64,000 bases of DNA from Mobula hypostoma (lineage: Eukaryota): positions 68,884,001 through 68,948,000 of the forward strand of contig NC_086108.1 of the NCBI RefSeq assembly GCF_963921235.1, in the 5' to 3' direction. The position numbers and the translations under genes are program-made. This document shows, piece after piece, positions 49,210 to 61,244 of the stretch. The first letter of the stretch is position 1, and every line of letters begins with the position of its first letter. The notes below the pieces were generated by a model, which did no database searches, had not been told where the DNA came from, and worked only from the letters and a program-made list of their open reading frames with translations.

Positions 49210-51254
49210 GTTGTTTTATGGGAAAGATGTAATAGAGAAATGGAGATCATTTAAAGGTGAAATTTTGAGGGTACAGGATCTTTATGTTCCTGTTAGGTTG
49301 AAAGGAAAGGTTAAAAGTTTGAGAGAGCCATGGTTTTCAGGGGTATAGGAAACTTGGTTTGGAAAAAGAGAGGGATTTACAATAAATATAGGCAGCTTGG
49401 AGTTAATGAGGTGCTTGAGGAATATAAAGAATGTAGAAAGAATTTTAAGAAAGAAATTAGAAAAGCTAGAAGAAGATACGAGGCTGCTTTAGCAAGTAAG
49501 GTGAAAATAAATCCAAAGGGTTTCTACAGTTATATAAATAGCAAAAGGATAGTGAGGGATAAAATTGGTCCCTTAGAGAATCAGAGTGGACGTCTATGTG
49601 CGAAGCCAAAAGAGATGGGGGAGATTTTGAACAATTTCTTTTCTTCAGTATTCACTAAGGAGAAGGATATTGAATTGTGTAAGGTAAAAGAAACAAGGGT
49701 AGTTATGGAAAGTATGACGATTAAAGAAGAGGAAGTACTGGCGCTTTTAAGGAATATAAAAGTGGATAAGTCTCCAGGTCCGGACAAGATATTCCCTAGG
49801 ACCCTGAGGGAATTTAGTGTGGAAATAGCAGGGGCTCTGACAGAAATATTTCAAATGTCATTAGAAACAGGGATGGTGCCAGAGAATTGGCGTATTGCTC
49901 ATGTGATTCCATTGTTTAAAAAGGGTTCTAAGAGTAAACCTAGCAATTATCAGCCTGTGAGTTTGACATCAGTGGTGGGTAAATTGATGGAATGTATTCT
50001 TAGAGATGGTATATATAATTATCTGGATAGACAGGGTCTGATTAGGAACAGTCAACATGGATTTGTGCGTGGAAAGTCATGTTTGACAAATCTTATTGAA
50101 TTTTTTGATGAGGTTACTAGGAAAGTTGACGAGGGTAAAGTGGTGGATGTCGTCTATGTGGACTTCAGTAAGGCCTTTGACAAGGTTCCACACGGAAGGC
50201 TAGCTAGGAAGGTTCAATCGTTAGGCATTAATATTGAAGTAGTGAAATGGATTCAGCAGTGTAGCGGTGTGCCTCAGGGATCTGTACTGGGTCCAATGTT
50301 GTTTGTCATATATATTAATGATCTGGATGATCGGGTGGTAAATTAGATTAATAAGTATGCAGATGATACTAAAATAGGTGGCATTGTGAATAATGAAGTA
50401 AGTTTTCAAAGCTTGCAGAGAGATTTAGGCCAGTTAGAAGAACAGGCTGAAAGATGGCAGATGGAGTTTCATGCTGATAAATGTGGTGTGCTACATTTTG
50501 GTAGGTCTAATCAAAATAGGACATACATGGTAAATGGCAGGGCATTGAAGAATGCTGTAGAACAGAGGGATCTAGGAATAATGGTGCATGGTTCCCTGAA
50601 GGTGGAATCTCATGTGGATAGGGTGGTGAAGAAAGCTTTTGGTATGCTGGCCTTTATAAATCAGAGCATTGAGTATAGGAGTTGGGATGTAATGTAAGGC
50701 CAAATTTGGAATATTGTGTACAGTTCTGGTCACCAAATTATAGGAAAGATGTCAATAAAATTGAGAGAGTACAGAGGAGGTTTACTAAAATGTTGCCTGG
50801 GTTTCATCTCCTAAGTTGCAGACAAAGGTTGAACAAGTTAGGTCTTTATTCTTTGGAGCATAGGTGGTTGAGAGGGGACTTGATAGAGGTATTTAAAATT
50901 ATGAGGGGGATTGACAGAGTTGGTGTGGATAGGCTTTTTTCATTGAGAGTCGGGGAGATTCAAACAAGAGGACATGAGTTAAGAGTTAAAGGGCAAAAGT
51001 TTAGGGATAACATGAGGGGGAACTTCTTTACTCAGAGAGTGGTAGCTGTGTGGAACGAGCTTCCAGCAGAAGTGGTTGAGGCAGGTTCGATGTTGTTGTT
51101 TAAAGTTAAATTGGATAGATATATGGACAGGAAGGCAATGGAGGGTTATGGACCGAGTGCAGATCGGTGGGACTAGGTGAGAGTAGGAGCTCGGCACGGA
51201 CTAGAAGGGCCGAGATGGCCTGTTTCCGTGCTGTAATTATTATATGGTTATATG
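49210..51254 (+). mobile_element. 5'-truncated CR1 (distinct subfamily) nested in the Rex/Babar LINE
   Basis: 338-aa open RT stretch at 49330-50346 (KSPGPD, QHGFVRGKSCLTNL, DFSKAFDKVPH, GVPQGSVLGP), then KYADDTK and a TTATATGG tail. Small internal deletion near 50260. Confidence 0.93.
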
Positions 51255-51430
51255 GTGCCACAACAACAACCTCTCACTCAATGTCAACAATACAAGGGGT
51301 TGATTATTGACTTGTGAAGGAGGAAACCAAAGGTCCATGAGCCAGTCCTCACCAGAGGATCAGAGGTCGAGAGGGGCAGCAAATTCAAATTTCTCACTGT
51401 TATTATTTTGGGTCCAGCATGCAAGTGCAA

Positions 51431-51981
51431 CTGGGAAGAGCCTTTAACATCTGTTGGACGATGCTGAGGATGTTCTACGAGTCTGTGGTGGCCAGTGCGA
51501 TCATGTTTGCTGTGGTGTGCTGGGGCAGCAGGCTGAGGGTAGCAGACACCAACAGAATCAACAAACTCATTCGTAAGGCCAGTGATGTTGTGGGGATGGA
51601 ACTGGACTCTCTGACGGTGGTGTCTGAAAAGAGGATGCTGTCCAAGTTGCATGCCATCTTGGACAATGTCTCCCATCCACTACATAATGTACTGGCTGGG
51701 CACAGGAGTACATTCAGCCAGAGACTCATTCCACCAAGATGCAACACAGAGCGTCAGAGGAAGTCATTCCTGCCTGTGGCCATCAAACTTTACAACTTCT
51801 TCCTTGGAGGGTCAGTCACCCTCAGCCAATAGGCTGGTCCTGGACTTATTTCCTGGCATAATTTAAATATTACTATTTAATTATTTATGGGTTTAATTAC
51901 TATTTAGTTATTTATGATGCAACTGTAACGGAAACCAATTTCTCCCGGGATCAATAAAGTATGACTATGACTATGACTATG
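51431..51981 (+). mobile_element. 3' fragment of a second Rex/Babar-type LINE
   Basis: MFYESVVASAIMFAVVCWG, HPLH and RKSFLPVAIKLYN, then AATAAA and a (TATGAC)n tail. Confidence 0.8.
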
Positions 51982-52082
51982 AAGAAAGCACATCAGTGCC
52001 TCTAGTTCCTCAGGAATTTGCAAAGATTCAACAGGACATCTAAAACTTCCACAAATTTCTATAGAAGTGTAGAAGAGAGTAT

Positions 52083-52932
52083 TGTTACATACCTCAAGGA
52101 GATCTTGTGACTTTCTTGTGAGAATGATGTAATGGTCTTTTGGAGGTTACCTGATGTAATTTTCCCGCCGATGTGAAGTCACGTGATGACATGTTCACCA
52201 CGGGTATTAAAGGGAAGATCCCTGGTGACGCAGTTAGTTTTCCGGTTCGAACTTCAATGAGATACTCCGCTCTGCTACATATTTGCATTATAACGCAGTT
52301 TTGATTTTAAACTGAGTTTTATGTTCTAATGTAAGGTACAGAAGTCTGAGCCAGCAGTTTGACAATTGCTGCCAGGTTTGTTAATGTATCTTTTTAGTAA
52401 CATTGGAGAGTGAAGATGGGACCCTGAAGGAGATGTTCGATGGGTTTGGAAAGGATCAACCATTATTAAATTCATTCAAGAAAGTGATCTGCATGAGATA
52501 GCCTCTGCTAAAAGTGGCTGAAAGGCTGTGCAGGATCTATTCTACGGAAGAAGGTCAGTGCCTTTAAAACTGTTTTATTTCCATCGTCGTGAATTCTGTG
52601 GACAAGGCAGGATTCAACTGGGAGCGGCAGCGATGTCGTGTCTTCGAGGAATTTGTTACTTCATGAAAGTCCCTCCTAATTGACTGTATAAATCTTTTGG
52701 ACTTTAAAATTTACCATTCGAAGAACTGTGTTTGAATTTATCGCTTTAAGAACTGGTTTCACATTTATCGCTTTAAGAACTAGTACTGAGTAGTGCTTTA
52801 CTGAATGGCCACATAGCCGTTTACTTCCGGTTAGGGTTTTCGATTTTTGTTCATTGTTTATCAGGGCTTAATAAATGTTTGTTTGTTTATAAATCCTTAT
52901 TCGATATATTCATTGTTGCCAATCACGTGACA
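52083..52932 (+). repeat. 5' LTR (850 bp)
   Basis: TGTTAC...GTGACA; direct repeat of 56444-57266; AATAAA near the 3' end. Confidence 0.95.
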
Positions 52933-52937
52933 TTAAT

Positions 52938-52955
52938 TGGGGGCTCATCCAGGAT
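52938..52955 (+). promoter_or_regulatory. Primer-binding site for tRNA-Pro
   Basis: TGGGGGCTCATCCAGGAT matches the classic Pro PBS TGGGGGCTCGTCCGGGAT at 16/18 positions; both mismatches are CpG-type G>A changes. Confidence 0.88.
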
Positions 52956-53064
52956 ATGTTCCGATTTTGAGTTTAAGTATTTGTTTAATTATCAAACCTG
53001 ATTTGGAAAAGGGAATATACCCGATTCTTTTGTTTGATTGGGGTGTGAGTGCTATTCGGCAGCA

Positions 53065-54250
53065 ATGGATGTTGACGAGTTTATGAAAACGCCAAACCCG
53101 GAAGTTTTAGTGAATGTGAGAAAACCTGAGGTGTCGGATATTGCTAAAAGGTTGAACCTTAAAGGTATTACGAAGGGTACAACTAAGCCCATAACTCAGA
53201 GAAAAATCGCTGAGCATTATGTAAGTTTGGGGGAGTTTGATGAGGAGGTATTAGGGAGGTTTCCAATGAGTACAATAGAACTGCAGTTGCATTTTGAACA
53301 GATAAAGTTTGAGAAATTTAAAGCGGAAATAGCTGAAAGAGGCAATTAAAATAAGGGAATTTCAAGAAAGAGAAGCTGAAAACCTGAGGAAATTTGAGCT
53401 GGAGATGGAGAAATTAAACATGGAAAATCGATCTTCTGGTTCTAGGAAACAGTTTGTAGCAAGTCATGAGGTTGTTCTGGCTCTTCCTTTTAATGAGACA
53501 GAAGTGAATAAATATTTCCAGCATTTGGAAACTATTGCTCTGAGTTTAGAGTGGCCAAAAGAGAAATGGCCAGTGATGTTACAAAGTGTAATTAGAGGAA
53601 AGGCACAACAAGTTTATACTGCTTTAAATGCTGAGCAAGCACTTGATTATGATATTGTGAAACAGCATATATTAAAGGTGTATGAGCTAGTTCCAGAAGA
53701 GTATAGAGAAAGATTCAGAAATTTGAAGAAACCAGTGGAAAAAACGTATGTGGAATTTGCCTACGAGAAATGTGTGTATTTTGAGAGATGGGTTTCCTCT
53801 AAAAATGTGAATGGGGAGTATAATAAATTAAAAGTGTTGATTTTGCAAGAGGAATTTAAAAGAAGCATTCCTGTTGAAGTGAAGACATATTTAAATGAAA
53901 GGGACACTGCTACATTGAAGGAGATTGCTAAATTTGCTGATAAGTATACTTTAATTCATAAGAGTAAATTTTCTCCAGGTAGAACCTTTAAGAGGAAAAA
54001 GAGCACAGAGAGTCAAAGTGAACCAGAAATTAAATCTGATATTAGTGAGAAAGGTAAGGATAAAGGGAGACATGTGAAGGAAAGACATTTAGGTATTATT
54101 TGTAATTATTGTAAGAAACCTGGTCACGTAATAGCTAACTGTTTTCGATTGAACAAGAAAGAGAAGGAAGCAGTCCCAGATGTTTGTGTGCAACATATTG
54201 AAAACCCTGTAAAGCCACAGGGTTCGGAAATACAAATGAGGTTTTGTTAA
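53065..54250 (+). pseudogene. gag (SCAN-related capsid region + CCHC zinc knuckle), disrupted
   Basis: YELVPEEYRERFRN, LILQEEFKRSIP and CNYCKKPGHVIANC. Break near 53349. Confidence 0.87.
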
Positions 54251-54307
54251 GAGTCTGACCAAGTTAAGAGGGGATATGAACATTTTATAACTGAAGGATT
54301 CGTATCC

Positions 54308-56238
54308 TTGAAAGAGGGATCTACTCCTGTACCAATAAAAATACTTGGAGATACTGGAGCTTCTCAATCACTAATATTAGACAGTGTGCTAAAGTTTAGT
54401 GATGTGTCTGACATTAGTGAAGTAAATTATATAAGAGGAGTTGGGAGTGCCCTTATGCCGGTACATTTACATAGAGTTAAATTAAGGTCAGGGTTAGCTA
54501 CAGGGCCAGTTAAAGTAGGACTACAACCCAGTTTACCTGTGAATGATGTTGCTCTGTTGTTAGGGAATGACTTAACTAATGGACAAGTTTTTCCTGATGT
54601 ACATTTGACAATAAAGCCTATTTCTGAGGAACCACAGAGCAATTCTAACACGGATACTTCCTGTGTTGTAACCAGAGCTATGGCTAAGAAGACTGATGTA
54701 CAGGATGAGGTTGTTAACCATGACAGTTCAACTTGGGATGCAAATTTTGAGGATGTGTCAGAAATTTTCTTACCTTCATTATATGATCAAGGTTCTTATG
54801 GTAAGTCTGACCATGAAGATTTCTCTTTATCTCAGAAGGAGATTATAGCAGAGCAGGGTAGAGATCCTGAGATAGTTAAATTAAAGGAACAAGCTCTTCC
54901 AGATAGTGAAATTGAGAAGGTGCCAGTAGGATATTATTTTGAAAAGGGAGTACTAATGAGGAAGTGGAGATCACCTACAATTCCTGCAAGTGAAGAATAG
55001 GAAGTTAATCACCAGGTAGTAGTTCTTAAAGTTTATCAAAATGAGATTTTAACTATGGCTCATAGTGTTCCTTTGGGTGGCCATTTAGGGGTAAAGAAAA
55101 GTATGAACAAGGTTTCTAAACATCTTTACTGGCCTAGTTTAAGAAAAGATGTAGTGACATTTTGTCGAACTGTCATACGTGTCAGATTGCGGGTAAACCT
55201 CATCAGGTTACTCCAATGGCCCCACTGCAACCAATTCCAGCATTTGGTGAGCCGTTCTCAAAAATCATTGTAGACTGTGTCGGTCCTTTGCCAAAAACTA
55301 AAACCGGACATCAATATTTATTAACTATTATGTGCACAGCGTCTAGGTTTCCAGAGGCAATACCTCTTAGGAATATAACAGCCAAAACTGTGACAAAGGC
55401 TCTTATAAAATTATTTACTTTTTTTGGGTTGCCTAAGGAAGTACAATCGGATCAAGGTAGTAATTTTATGTCTGGATTGTTTCAGCAGATAGTTTATAAA
55501 CTGGGAGCAAAACAGATTACTTCATCTGCATATCATCCAGAATCACAAGGAACCCTGGAGAGATTTCATTCTACCTTTAAAAATATGATTAGGACGTACT
55601 GTGTGGAAAATGAAAAGGATTGGAATGAAGGCGTACATTTACTTCTTTTTGCAGTACGAGAGGCAGTGCAGGAATCATTAGGTTTTACTCCTTTTGAACT
55701 TGTGTTTGGGCATAGAGTTCGAGGACCTTTGGCCTTGTTGAAGGAACAGTGGATTAATAAAGAGGTACACACTAATTTGCTGGATTATGTTTTAAAATTT
55801 AAAGAAAGATTACATAAAGCTTGTAGCTTGACCAAAGAAAATTTAAAATCAGCTCAAGAAAAGATGAAGACTTGGAATGATAAGGAAGCTAGGATGAGGT
55901 CACTTAAGCCTGGAGATAAAGTGTTGGTTCTTTTTCCAGTGCAAACAAACCCATTACAAGCTAAATTTCATGGTCCTTATGAGATTAAATCTAAAGTAAA
56001 TGATGTGGATTACGTGATAAAAACACCAGATCTAAGAAAGCCAACATAGCTGTGTCATATAAATGTGATAAAACCGTATTATGAGAAACAAAATGCTACT
56101 ATGACTGTTAAGGAAAAGGGTTAAGGAAATCAAACTCCAATTTAGTAACACAGTTTAATGTTACAGGAGTACAATATTTTGATCACTCATATTAAAGGTA
56201 AAGATAATGTGATTGCTGATTGTCTATCTAGATGTTAA
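54308..56238 (+). pseudogene. pol remnant: protease, integrase, RNase H C-terminal stub
   Basis: ILGDTGASQS...LLGND (protease); AH..GGHLG..CHTC, DCVGP, SDQGSNF, ERFH and GPY (integrase); LQEYNILITHIKGKDNVIADCLSR* (RNase H end). Confidence 0.88.
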
Positions 56239-56434
56239 ATGTACAATGGAATTTTATTTATGGAGTGGTATTTTAACATTTTTAACATTCCTACTGTATA
56301 TATTAGTTTGTAAAGTGCTGAAGGATAACACTGTGTATATTGTGTATGTTGTAAATATTATACCTGTGTATTTTTTTGTGTAAATTGTTAATTGTTAAAA
56401 TTTTGTTCCTTAAGGGACCAAAATTTTTTTTTTT

Positions 56435-56443
56435 GGAGGGAGG
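56435..56443 (+). promoter_or_regulatory. Polypurine tract
   Basis: GGAGGGAGG after a T-run, immediately before the 3' LTR. Confidence 0.8.
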
Positions 56444-57266
56444 GGTTACATACCTCAAGGAGATCTTGTAACTTTCTTGTGAGAATGATGTAATGGTCTT
56501 TTGGAGGTCACCTGATGTAATTTTCCCGCCGATGTGAGGTCACGTGATGACATGTTCACCACGAATATTAAAGGGAAGATCCCTGGTGACGCAGTTAGTT
56601 TTCCAGTTAGAACTTCAATGAGAAACTCCGCTCCGCTGCGTATTTGCATTAAGACTCAGTTCTGATTTTAAACTGAGTTTTATGTTCTAATGTAAGGTAC
56701 AGAAGTCTGAGCCAGCAGCTTGACAATTGCTGCCAGTTTTGTTAATGATCTTTTCAGTAACATTGGAGAGTGAAGATGGGACCCTGAAGGAGACGTTCGA
56801 TGGGTTTGGAAAGGATCGACCATTCTTGAATTCATTCAAGAAAGTGATCTGCATGAGATAGCCTCTGCTAAAAGTGGCTGAAAGGCTGTGCAGGATCTAT
56901 TCTATGGAGGAAGGTCAGTGCCTTTAAAACTGTTTTATTTCCATCGTCGTGAATTCTGTGGACAAGGCAGGATCTGACTGGGAGTGGCAGTGACGTCGTG
57001 TCTTCAAGGAATTCGTTATTTCATGAAAATCTCTCTTAATTGACTGTATAAATCTCTTGGACTTTAAAATTTACCATTCGAAGAACTGTGTTTGAATTTA
57101 TCGCTTTAAGAACTAGTACTGAGTAGCGGTTTACTGAATGGCCACATAGCCGTTTACTTCCAGTTAGGGTTTTCATTTTTTTTTTCATTGTTTATCAGGG
57201 TTTAATAAATGTTTGTTTGTTTATAAATCCTGACTCGATATATTCATTGTTGCCGATCACGTGGCA
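56444..57266 (+). repeat. 3' LTR (823 bp)
   Basis: GGTTAC...GTGGCA (first base changed from T); direct repeat of the 5' LTR. Confidence 0.95.
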
Positions 57267-58534
57267 GTATAATGACTGGCTGCATCACAGCCTGGTATGG
57301 AAACACCAAAGCCCCTGAATGGAAAATCCTAGAACAAGTAGTGGATACAGCGCAGTCCAACATGGGTAAAGCCCTCAGCACCACTGAGCACGCCTACACA
57401 AAGCACTGTCGTAGGAAAGCAGCATCCATCATCAGATACCCCCACCACCTGGGTCATGCTCTCTTCTCATTGCTGCCATCAAGAAGGAATGGTATGGGAG
57501 CCACAGTACTCACACCACCAGGTTCAGGAACAGTTATTACCCCTCAACCATCAGGCTGTTGAACAAAGGGAGGTGGTAACTTCAGTTGCCCCCAACATTG
57601 AAATGTTCCCACAATCAAAGACTCCCTTTCAAGGGCTCTTCATCTCATGTTCTTGATATTTATTGCTTATTTATTATCATTTTATTTCTTTTTGTATCTG
57701 CAGTTTGTTGTCTTTTGCACACTGGTTGTTTGCCCAGTCAGTGTGGTCGTTCAATGATTCTTTTATGGTTATTACTCTATTATGGATTTAATGAGAATGC
57801 CGACAAGAAAATTAATCTCAGGGTTGTATACGTTGATATATCATACACAATGTTACATATATACATATATATACACATAATTATACATACATATATACAC
57901 ACACTTTGATAATAAATTTACTTTGAACTTGAATAAGAAAATGAATGAGAAAACTGTATTCTTCCATATTACAATTTCCACATGCATGATAAAAGGTATA
58001 GTAAAGTCAAGGATTCAGTTTCAAGTCCAATGCATGAAAGGTTTGTTGTAATTGACTGCTTCCAAGGAAGTGATCAATTGTTGAAAGTTTACAGTTTATT
58101 CTGAGTACTGCAGTACGAGTACAAGGCTCTGAGCAGCAGCCTGCTGTTCACAATACAAGTCAATGATTTGGTTGAGGAGATGAAGTGCAAATTACACAAG
58201 CCTTACTGAGTGGCATTTTGCACTTAATACCTTCAGGCTTACTGAAGGAATGAAGTGCAAAATATAGAGCTGTGCAGTATGAACTGTGAAGAGGATAGAG
58301 AAGGCCTTCAGGATATAAACAGGTTAACCGTATGAGCAAGGCATTAGGAAATAGAAAACACAAGGACAAGAATGAGGTAGAAAATAGAAAAGTGGAGTAT
58401 TTGAAAAAAATCATGAAAGTTTGAAAAATGTTTCTGTTCAGAAGGACCTGCACGCTTGTGTGGATTACTAAAAATTTGTACAATTTGGAAGGCATACAGC
58501 AGATTGTCCCGCAGCTCTAGGGAATAGAAATAGT

Positions 58535-58670
58535 GGGTCCTGCCAAGGGGTTTTGGTGCAAAACGTCAACTGTACTTTTTTTAACATAGATGCTGCCTGG
58601 CCTCATGAGTTCCTCCAGCACTTTGTATGTGTTGCTCGGATTTCCAGCATCTGCAGATTTTCTCTTGTTC
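58535..58670 (+). mobile_element. Penelope-like terminal repeat with decayed hammerhead motif, inside an old CR1 remnant (~58100-59150)
   Basis: GTCCTGCCAAGGGG...AAAACGTCAACTG...GATGCTGCCTGG...GAGTTCCTCCAGCA...TCCAGCATCTGCAG. Confidence 0.75.
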
Positions 58671-60509
58671 GTGCACCACTTGTACAGACTCCTGATGTAA
58701 CTTGCACCTAGAAAAGTGTGCACAAGCTTAGTTTCCAATCTGAAAGAGGGATAGCAACTTTGTGCCAGGAGACATAAAACGTACTGAATTTACCTTCACA
58801 AGTATGGAAAAATGACACCTCACTGAAGCATAAATTCTTACAAAGCTTGACAAGGTAGATGCAGGGATACTTCTTTCCCCTAACAAGGGTGTCAAAAGAA
58901 TTACAATATCAAAATAAAGATTTGTTAATCCAAACAGAGATGAAGTGTATTCAATATCCTTTGTCATTTACTACCCAAGAGGATCATGGGAAGTCAAGTA
59001 CTTTCAAGTCAGAGGTGATTAAATTTTTAGAGTTTAAGAAAATCAAGTGAAGTAGCACAAGACGTAAAGGATCAATCATGATCATCGAATGTCACAGCAG
59101 GCAAGCAGCAGAGCTATGACTTAAATTTCCATTTATATGATTCATATGTTCTAAAAATTTCTTGTCAAAATCCAAGGTGAGATATATAGATTTTGCCCAG
59201 TGAGCATCACATATTAAAGCAGCGGATCTCACTCAACTCTTCAAAAATGTACTCAGAAAATAGTAGGTCACTTAGACCATCAAGCCTATTTTACCATTCA
59301 ATACGATCATGGCTGATCTATCTCAGTAACATATCTCCACTCTGACTTCTTTACATCTGGAAATATTTTTCAAAAATATTCAGTAATTTGACCTCAAAAA
59401 TGAACTTTGGACTAATACAAACCAAATTACATCTGTATTTGCTCTGCAAGAGCTATCTGTTTCCCTCCATTCCCCAAAATGATTTTCTTACTTGAAGTAC
59501 TTATTGATATCCTTTTCAAAAGCAGCTATTGTGGATTAGACTTACTCCATCCCTGGTAAGGAAATAAACATATATCATATAAAAGCATTTACTCACCTTC
59601 TCCAATTTCACTGTATTGATGATTACATGTGCTTAAGTCCACAATGGCTTAGTACACAGTGGATTACAGTATACTGAAGACAAAAACATTTTGGATAATA
59701 AAGCACATCTTAGGAGTTTGTTTCAAAGCCATTAAGAAAAGAGCAGAAGATGCAAGTCAGATTTTTGTAATCCAAGTAAACCAAGCTTTGTTGCACAGAA
59801 ATATTAATTTCTCTCTCTCAAAAGGCAGGTAAAAAGAAATAGTTGATGTACAGGCATGAAATCAGTTAAAGGATGAGGGCAATCACATATGTGCTGATGT
59901 TCTTTAATCGTCCTGGGTGTCGGAACAATAATCATCTGGGATTCCCTTTTAAAAGTGCGTGTTTGGTTGTAGTCAAATAATGACCAGTAAAGTTCGCATA
60001 TGACAACAACTACTAGTTATGGGCCTAATGATCTTAGGAAAATATTGCAACAAGATGGTCAATGGCAAAGGAATTTTAAAATTTCTGGGGCACTGGGACC
60101 ACACTTTGGGGAGATGGAACTTGCACAATTAGCTGGACTGCAAGAAGACCGCGACCTGCATCCACAACTCGATGTTTGCTTGCTGGTTTGGAACCTAACC
60201 TATTAAATCAGGGGGATGGGGACTAGAGCATAATTTTGGAAAATGGGGTGGGCAATCCAAAATTGGATTAGGATGGTTGAGGAATGGCATGCAAGTTTTT
60301 GGAGCCAGCAGAAAAAAAAAGCAGGAAAAAAGACAAAGTACTTTGACAAAGTTTAACTGCAAGTGCCACGATGCCAGTAATGTGTAAAATAAGAAGTAAA
60401 TAAGATGAGGGTAGAGAGAGGCGTGTACTCCTACCTAACGTGATCATGTTTTAGTGGTAAAGATTCCCAAATTCAAATTTAATTTATCATTCAATCCATA
60501 CATGAATAT

Positions 60510-61010
60510 TGTGAATTTTGGTTCATTGGGACACACTGGGACCTGTACATTTTCATCCAATTAAGCATCTGCCGCAATTAGCCAGAAGTTTTATGGAAAT
60601 AGTTAAAAATGTATAAAAAGACAAACAGAATAACAAATTTTGTATTTCAATGAAATATAGAATAAATTAGAATAGTACCGATACTACTACGGTACTACAA
60701 AGCTGCATATTAGTTCCTAATACTTATAAACAGAGGAAATCATCCATGTTGCATTCTTTTAACTATGAATGAACAAAATCAGCACAGATACCTAATGCAG
60801 ATAATGGACTGCCTTCACACAACTTTTTCACCTTCATTTTCATTGTGACATTCAAGATGATTGTCGATACTTTCAAATTCTTCGTAGTTCCAAACTTGAA
60901 GTAGTGAAATCATATCTTTTTCACTCCAGGCTGTTATCAACACCTCCAACCTTGAATACTTGAAACCACAGTGAGCAAAGCAGTTCTGAATTGTCTTACT
61001 GCTTATTACC
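60510..61010. mobile_element. Probable Tigger/pogo-type MITE, one end lost
   Basis: TTCATTGGGACACACTGGGAC...CCAATTAAGC...CAATTAGCC subterminal-like repeats. No partner TIR was found. Confidence 0.35.
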
Positions 61011-61014
61011 TTGA

Positions 61015-61240
61015 GACCACAAGATATGGGAGCAGAAGTAAGCTATTTGGCCCATCAAGTCTGCTCCACCATTTCATCATGGTTGATCCCTTTCCTCTCA
61101 GCCCCAATCTCCTGCTGCCTTCTCCCCGTATCCCTTCATGCCCTGACCAATCAAGAATCTATCAACCTCTGTCTTAAATATACATAAAGACTTGACTTCC
61201 ACAGCCGCCTGTGGCAACGAATTCCACAGATTCCTCACCA
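61015..61240 (-). mobile_element. CR1 3' end fragment
   Basis: Reverse complement of the CR1 tail/3' UTR (ACCACAAGATATGGGAGCAGAAG...GAATTCCACAGATT). Confidence 0.85.
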
Positions 61241-61244
61241 ACTA

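Larger units (their letters stand above)
52083..57266 (+). mobile_element. Gmr1-like Gypsy LTR retrotransposon with RT deleted
   Basis: Two similar LTRs, 4-bp TSD GTAT (52079-52082 and 57267-57270), PBS, PPT, and gag-PR-IN followed by an RNase H C-terminal stub. Confidence 0.93.
47195..57932 (+). mobile_element. Rex/Babar-type LINE in four main pieces (47195-49209, 51255-51430, 51982-52082, 57267-57932)
   Basis: LPSILSANMQSMENK, KCQPFYLPSEF, PHFGKSDH, GAPQGCILSPLL, KFADDATVVG, WCHNNNLSLN, NFYRSVEESI|MTGCITAWYGN. Tail GATAATAAATTTACTTTGAACTTGA. Confidence 0.85.

Noticed and set aside
52083..57266. Endogenous retrovirus, because of the MLV-like Pro PBS
   Set aside because: There is no env, and the gag, protease and integrase motifs and domain order fit Gmr1-like Gypsy elements.
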